A DNA stretch of 47,848 nt from positions 1 to 47,848 of the forward strand of contig JBFELO010000020.1 in assembly GCA_041552055.1 (NCBI GenBank). The letters are read 5' to 3'. The notes beneath the pieces are model-generated. The model was given only the letters and a program-made list of their open reading frames with translations, made no database searches and was not told where the DNA came from. Origin of the DNA: Candidatus Sulfomarinibacteraceae bacterium. GTDB taxonomy: Bacteria; Acidobacteriota; Thermoanaerobaculia; Thermoanaerobaculales; Sulfomarinibacteraceae. Of this stretch, positions 45,792 through 47,848 are shown piece after piece; within the stretch, counting starts at the first letter, position 1; each line of letters opens with the position of its first letter. The position numbers and the translations under genes are program-made.

Positions 45792-46775
45792 TCATCCATG
45801 AGTTCGCTTTCCGCGTCGTCGAGCAGGGGTCTCTGCTTCGATTTCCCGCAACAGCTCGCCCAGCCGCTCGGGGGTCACCTCGTACCGGGTGTGACAGAAC
45901 CCGCATGTGAGAACTGCGGGTGTCTCGCCGTGTTGGTCCCGCAAACCCCGGACCTCGTCCGCGCCCAGGAGCTTGAGCGCCGTCTCGACACGATCCGGCG
46001 AGCAGCCGCACAGAAACCTGGCGGGGGTTTGTTCGAGGATCTCGATGTCATCCCGGAACACCGTCGTGATCCAATCGACCGGGAGCTCTCCGACGATCAG
46101 ATGCGAGGTCACCGCCCCAAACGACCGGACCTGACGGGTCAACGTGTCGGCTTCGTCGTCGGACACACCCGGCAGGAGCTGCACGAGAAAACCACCGGAG
46201 GCACCGGCCCGGCCGTCACGATCGACATACACACCGAGGACAGCTGCGGCAGGCGTTTGCTCGGATTCGGTCAGATAGAACGCGATGTCCTGCGCGATCT
46301 CGCCCGAACGGATCGGGACCACCCCGCGGTACGGTTCGCCGATGCCGATGTCACGGGTCACGATGAGGTCTCCCTCGGTGCCCACGACCCCGGCCACGTT
46401 GAGCTTTCCGTTGACTACGGGGTCGGCAGTGGCCTCCGGATTGGCCACCATAGCCCGCACCCAACCCGCTGGCGACGCGGTGGCCATCAGGCGCCCCGCC
46501 GGCCCACCGCCATCCACCTCGACAGTGAGCATCGGCTCCCGCTCGGTCACCTTCTCGAGGCTCGTGGCCAGCAGCAGGGCGCCGGTGGCCAGCCGCCCGA
46601 GGGCCGCGGTCGTGGGTGCCGAGGGCTCGTGAATGCGGCGCAGCTCTTCCACCGTTGCGGTGGTATCTCCTGCCACCACACGCACCCGGCCACCCCAAGC
46701 TATCGCCCGGATCAGATGGTCTGCCAAAACGACCTCCACCGCCGCGGCCGGGTGGGGCCGCGAACGGCTCGTCAT
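45792..46775 (-). CDS. hslO: redox-regulated chaperone Hsp33
   Basis: C-terminal zinc centre FLCGCSPDRV … LTCGFCHTRYEV (CxC…CxxC). Hsp33 N-domain is present. Confidence 0.85.
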   Translation of the reverse strand: MTSRSRPHPAAAVEVVLADHLIRAIAWGGRVRVVAGDTTATVEELRRIHEPSAPTTAALGRLATGALLLATSLEKVTEREPMLTVEVDGGGPAGRLMATASPAGWVRAMVANPEATADPVVNGKLNVAGVVGTEGDLIVTRDIGIGEPYRGVVPIRSGEIAQDIAFYLTESEQTPAAAVLGVYVDRDGRAGASGGFLVQLLPGVSDDEADTLTRQVRSFGAVTSHLIVGELPVDWITTVFRDDIEILEQTPARFLCGCSPDRVETALKLLGADEVRGLRDQHGETPAVLTCGFCHTRYEVTPERLGELLREIEAETPARRRGKRTHG

Positions 46776-46800
46776 TTATACCACTGGCCTGCCGGGAAAT

Positions 46801-47199
46801 TCACTGTCCTGACGCGGCGGCTGACTCGGGCTGGAATCCGAGCAGCTCGTTGACCACGACCACCAGCTGCTGGACCGTGAATGGCTTTTCGAGCCTGCGG
46901 TCTGCACCGAGCATCTCGGCCCACCTCAGGTAGCCGTCCGGCACGAAGCTGCCACCTCCAGAAATCGCGAGAATTTTCACCGAAGCGTCCATGGCGCGGA
47001 GCTCGATGATGGTCTCGAGACCCTCCATCTCCGGCATAACGATGTCCGTGATCACGAGGTCGGTGACGCGGTTGCGGAACTGCGCGAGTGCCTGGACGCC
47101 GTCACCCGCGTCCACAACGTGATGACCGTGGAGCTCGAGGGCCTGTCGGATCATCCGCCGCACCTCGTTGTTGTCGTCGATGACCAGAATACGGGCCAT
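46801..47199 (-). CDS. single-domain response regulator (CheY-like receiver)
   Basis: MARILVIDDNNEVRRMIRQALE…DLVITDIVMPEMEGLE…KILAISG receiver motifs. ATG at 47199 is preceded by AAGGTGAGGA. The six-frame ORF N-terminal extension is rejected. Confidence 0.75.
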   Translation of the reverse strand: MARILVIDDNNEVRRMIRQALELHGHHVVDAGDGVQALAQFRNRVTDLVITDIVMPEMEGLETIIELRAMDASVKILAISGGGSFVPDGYLRWAEMLGADRRLEKPFTVQQLVVVVNELLGFQPESAAASGQ

Positions 47200-47655
47200 A
47201 GTCCTCACCTTCGGGGCATCGGCTTGGCCAATCGGCCGCCGCTGTCGAGAAATAGGTGGTCCGAGAACTGAGAAAAAATACCGGGAGGTCGCAACTCGCA
47301 AAATCGAGGCCATGTCCATCGGGCGCCGAGCTGCCCCGACCCTCAGAAGACAGGCAATTGACAGATCATCGTTCGCGGAACACCGGACGACGTTGTCAAC
47401 GACGAGCGTCCCGGAACGAAATCACAGCCCTCCCTGGCCCGCTCTACGAATATGACCTCTGACGGGCCGGGCGCTTCGTCGTCCGACGCGCCCTCTATCC
47501 GGTGCAACAGTTTCCGACCCGGCAGAATCGGAAAGAACCTCCCGACAGCACAGGCCGCACCGGGTCATTCCCAACGTGTGTTAATATCCCTAATCAACGA
47601 TGTTCAACGAACATTAACGTGCAGAACGACTATTCAACGAGGATCAAGGGAGGAA

Positions 47656-47848
47656 TGATGGCCACGAAGAAAGCGACCGGAGCAAAGAAGAAGACTGCCG
47701 CCAAGAAACCGGCCGCCAAGAAACCAGCGGCCAAGAAAACCGCCGCCAAAAAACCGGCCGCCAAGAAGAAGGTCGTGACCAAGAAGGCCGCCGCCAAAAA
47801 ACCGGCCGCCAAGAAGAAGGTCGTGACCAAGAAGGCCGCCGCCAAAAA
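47656..47848 (+). CDS. lysine/alanine-rich histone H1-like nucleoid protein, 5' part (continues beyond the window end)
   Basis: GGGAGG Shine-Dalgarno then ATGATGGCC… encoding MMATKKATGAKKKTAAKKPAAKKPAAKKTAAKKPAAKKKVVTKKAAAKKPAAKKKVVTKKAAAKK, with AKKP/KKAAA repeats. The reported minus-strand ORF 47630-47845 is its antisense artefact. Confidence 0.65.

Noticed and set aside
45771-46853. 360-aa plus-strand ORF
   Set aside because: Antisense to hslO, which has its diagnostic zinc-binding motifs.

Overview
This 47.8 kb window is about 70% GC, gene-dense and non-mobile; I recognise no rRNA, tRNA, CRISPR array or transposase. An outer-membrane beta-barrel protein ending in YRF, a Blc lipocalin and several lipoproteins point to a diderm bacterium.

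Reading left to right, the coding content is:
- trpD(partial)-trpG-trpE on the minus strand, diverging from asnS.
- A Smr-domain protein and an arsR plus heavy-metal-associated (HMA) pair.
- A DCC/DUF393 thiol oxidoreductase-like gene and a large lipoprotein.
- nupC, a small membrane protein, an HExxH peptidase, a YhhQ-type queuosine-precursor transporter and a DUF4136-like protein.
- The outer-membrane protein, blc and nadE.
- Two tandem, translationally coupled secreted paralogs with a protein-kinase-like motif pattern.
- A membrane zinc peptidase and a gntR-SPFH-membrane operon.
- A lat-like aminotransferase, alkaline phosphatase, a SEC-C mini-protein, cysE and an OPT transporter.
- An alpha/beta hydrolase, a GGDEF cyclase with tag, and sixA-apaH.
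- A tightly coupled three-gene operon (sigma-like HTH protein, unknown 341-aa protein, split SMC/ABC-type ATPase with a DUF3696-like tail) that I flag as a candidate undescribed system.
- A divergent GAF-GGDEF gene, sodN (NiSOD, no sodX peptidase nearby), a lipoprotein and trmO.
- A molybdenum-cofactor cluster (moeA, moaA, moaC, MOSC-moaB fusion, mobB-mobA fusion).
- hslO, a single-domain response regulator and the 5' end of a lysine/alanine-rich histone-like gene.

The non-coding DNA is unusually structured:
- A family of intergenic inverted hexanucleotide-array elements (CCGTNT/CCGATA units).
- (GAYGAM)n hexamer arrays upstream of three minus-strand genes.
- A tandem ~165 bp repeat whose internal hairpin stems covary.
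- A 134 bp nested palindrome inside a ~740 bp non-coding gap.
- An orphan intrinsic terminator.
- A possible Moco riboswitch leader.

Many long ORFs in the six-frame track are antisense artefacts of the high GC content and were rejected.
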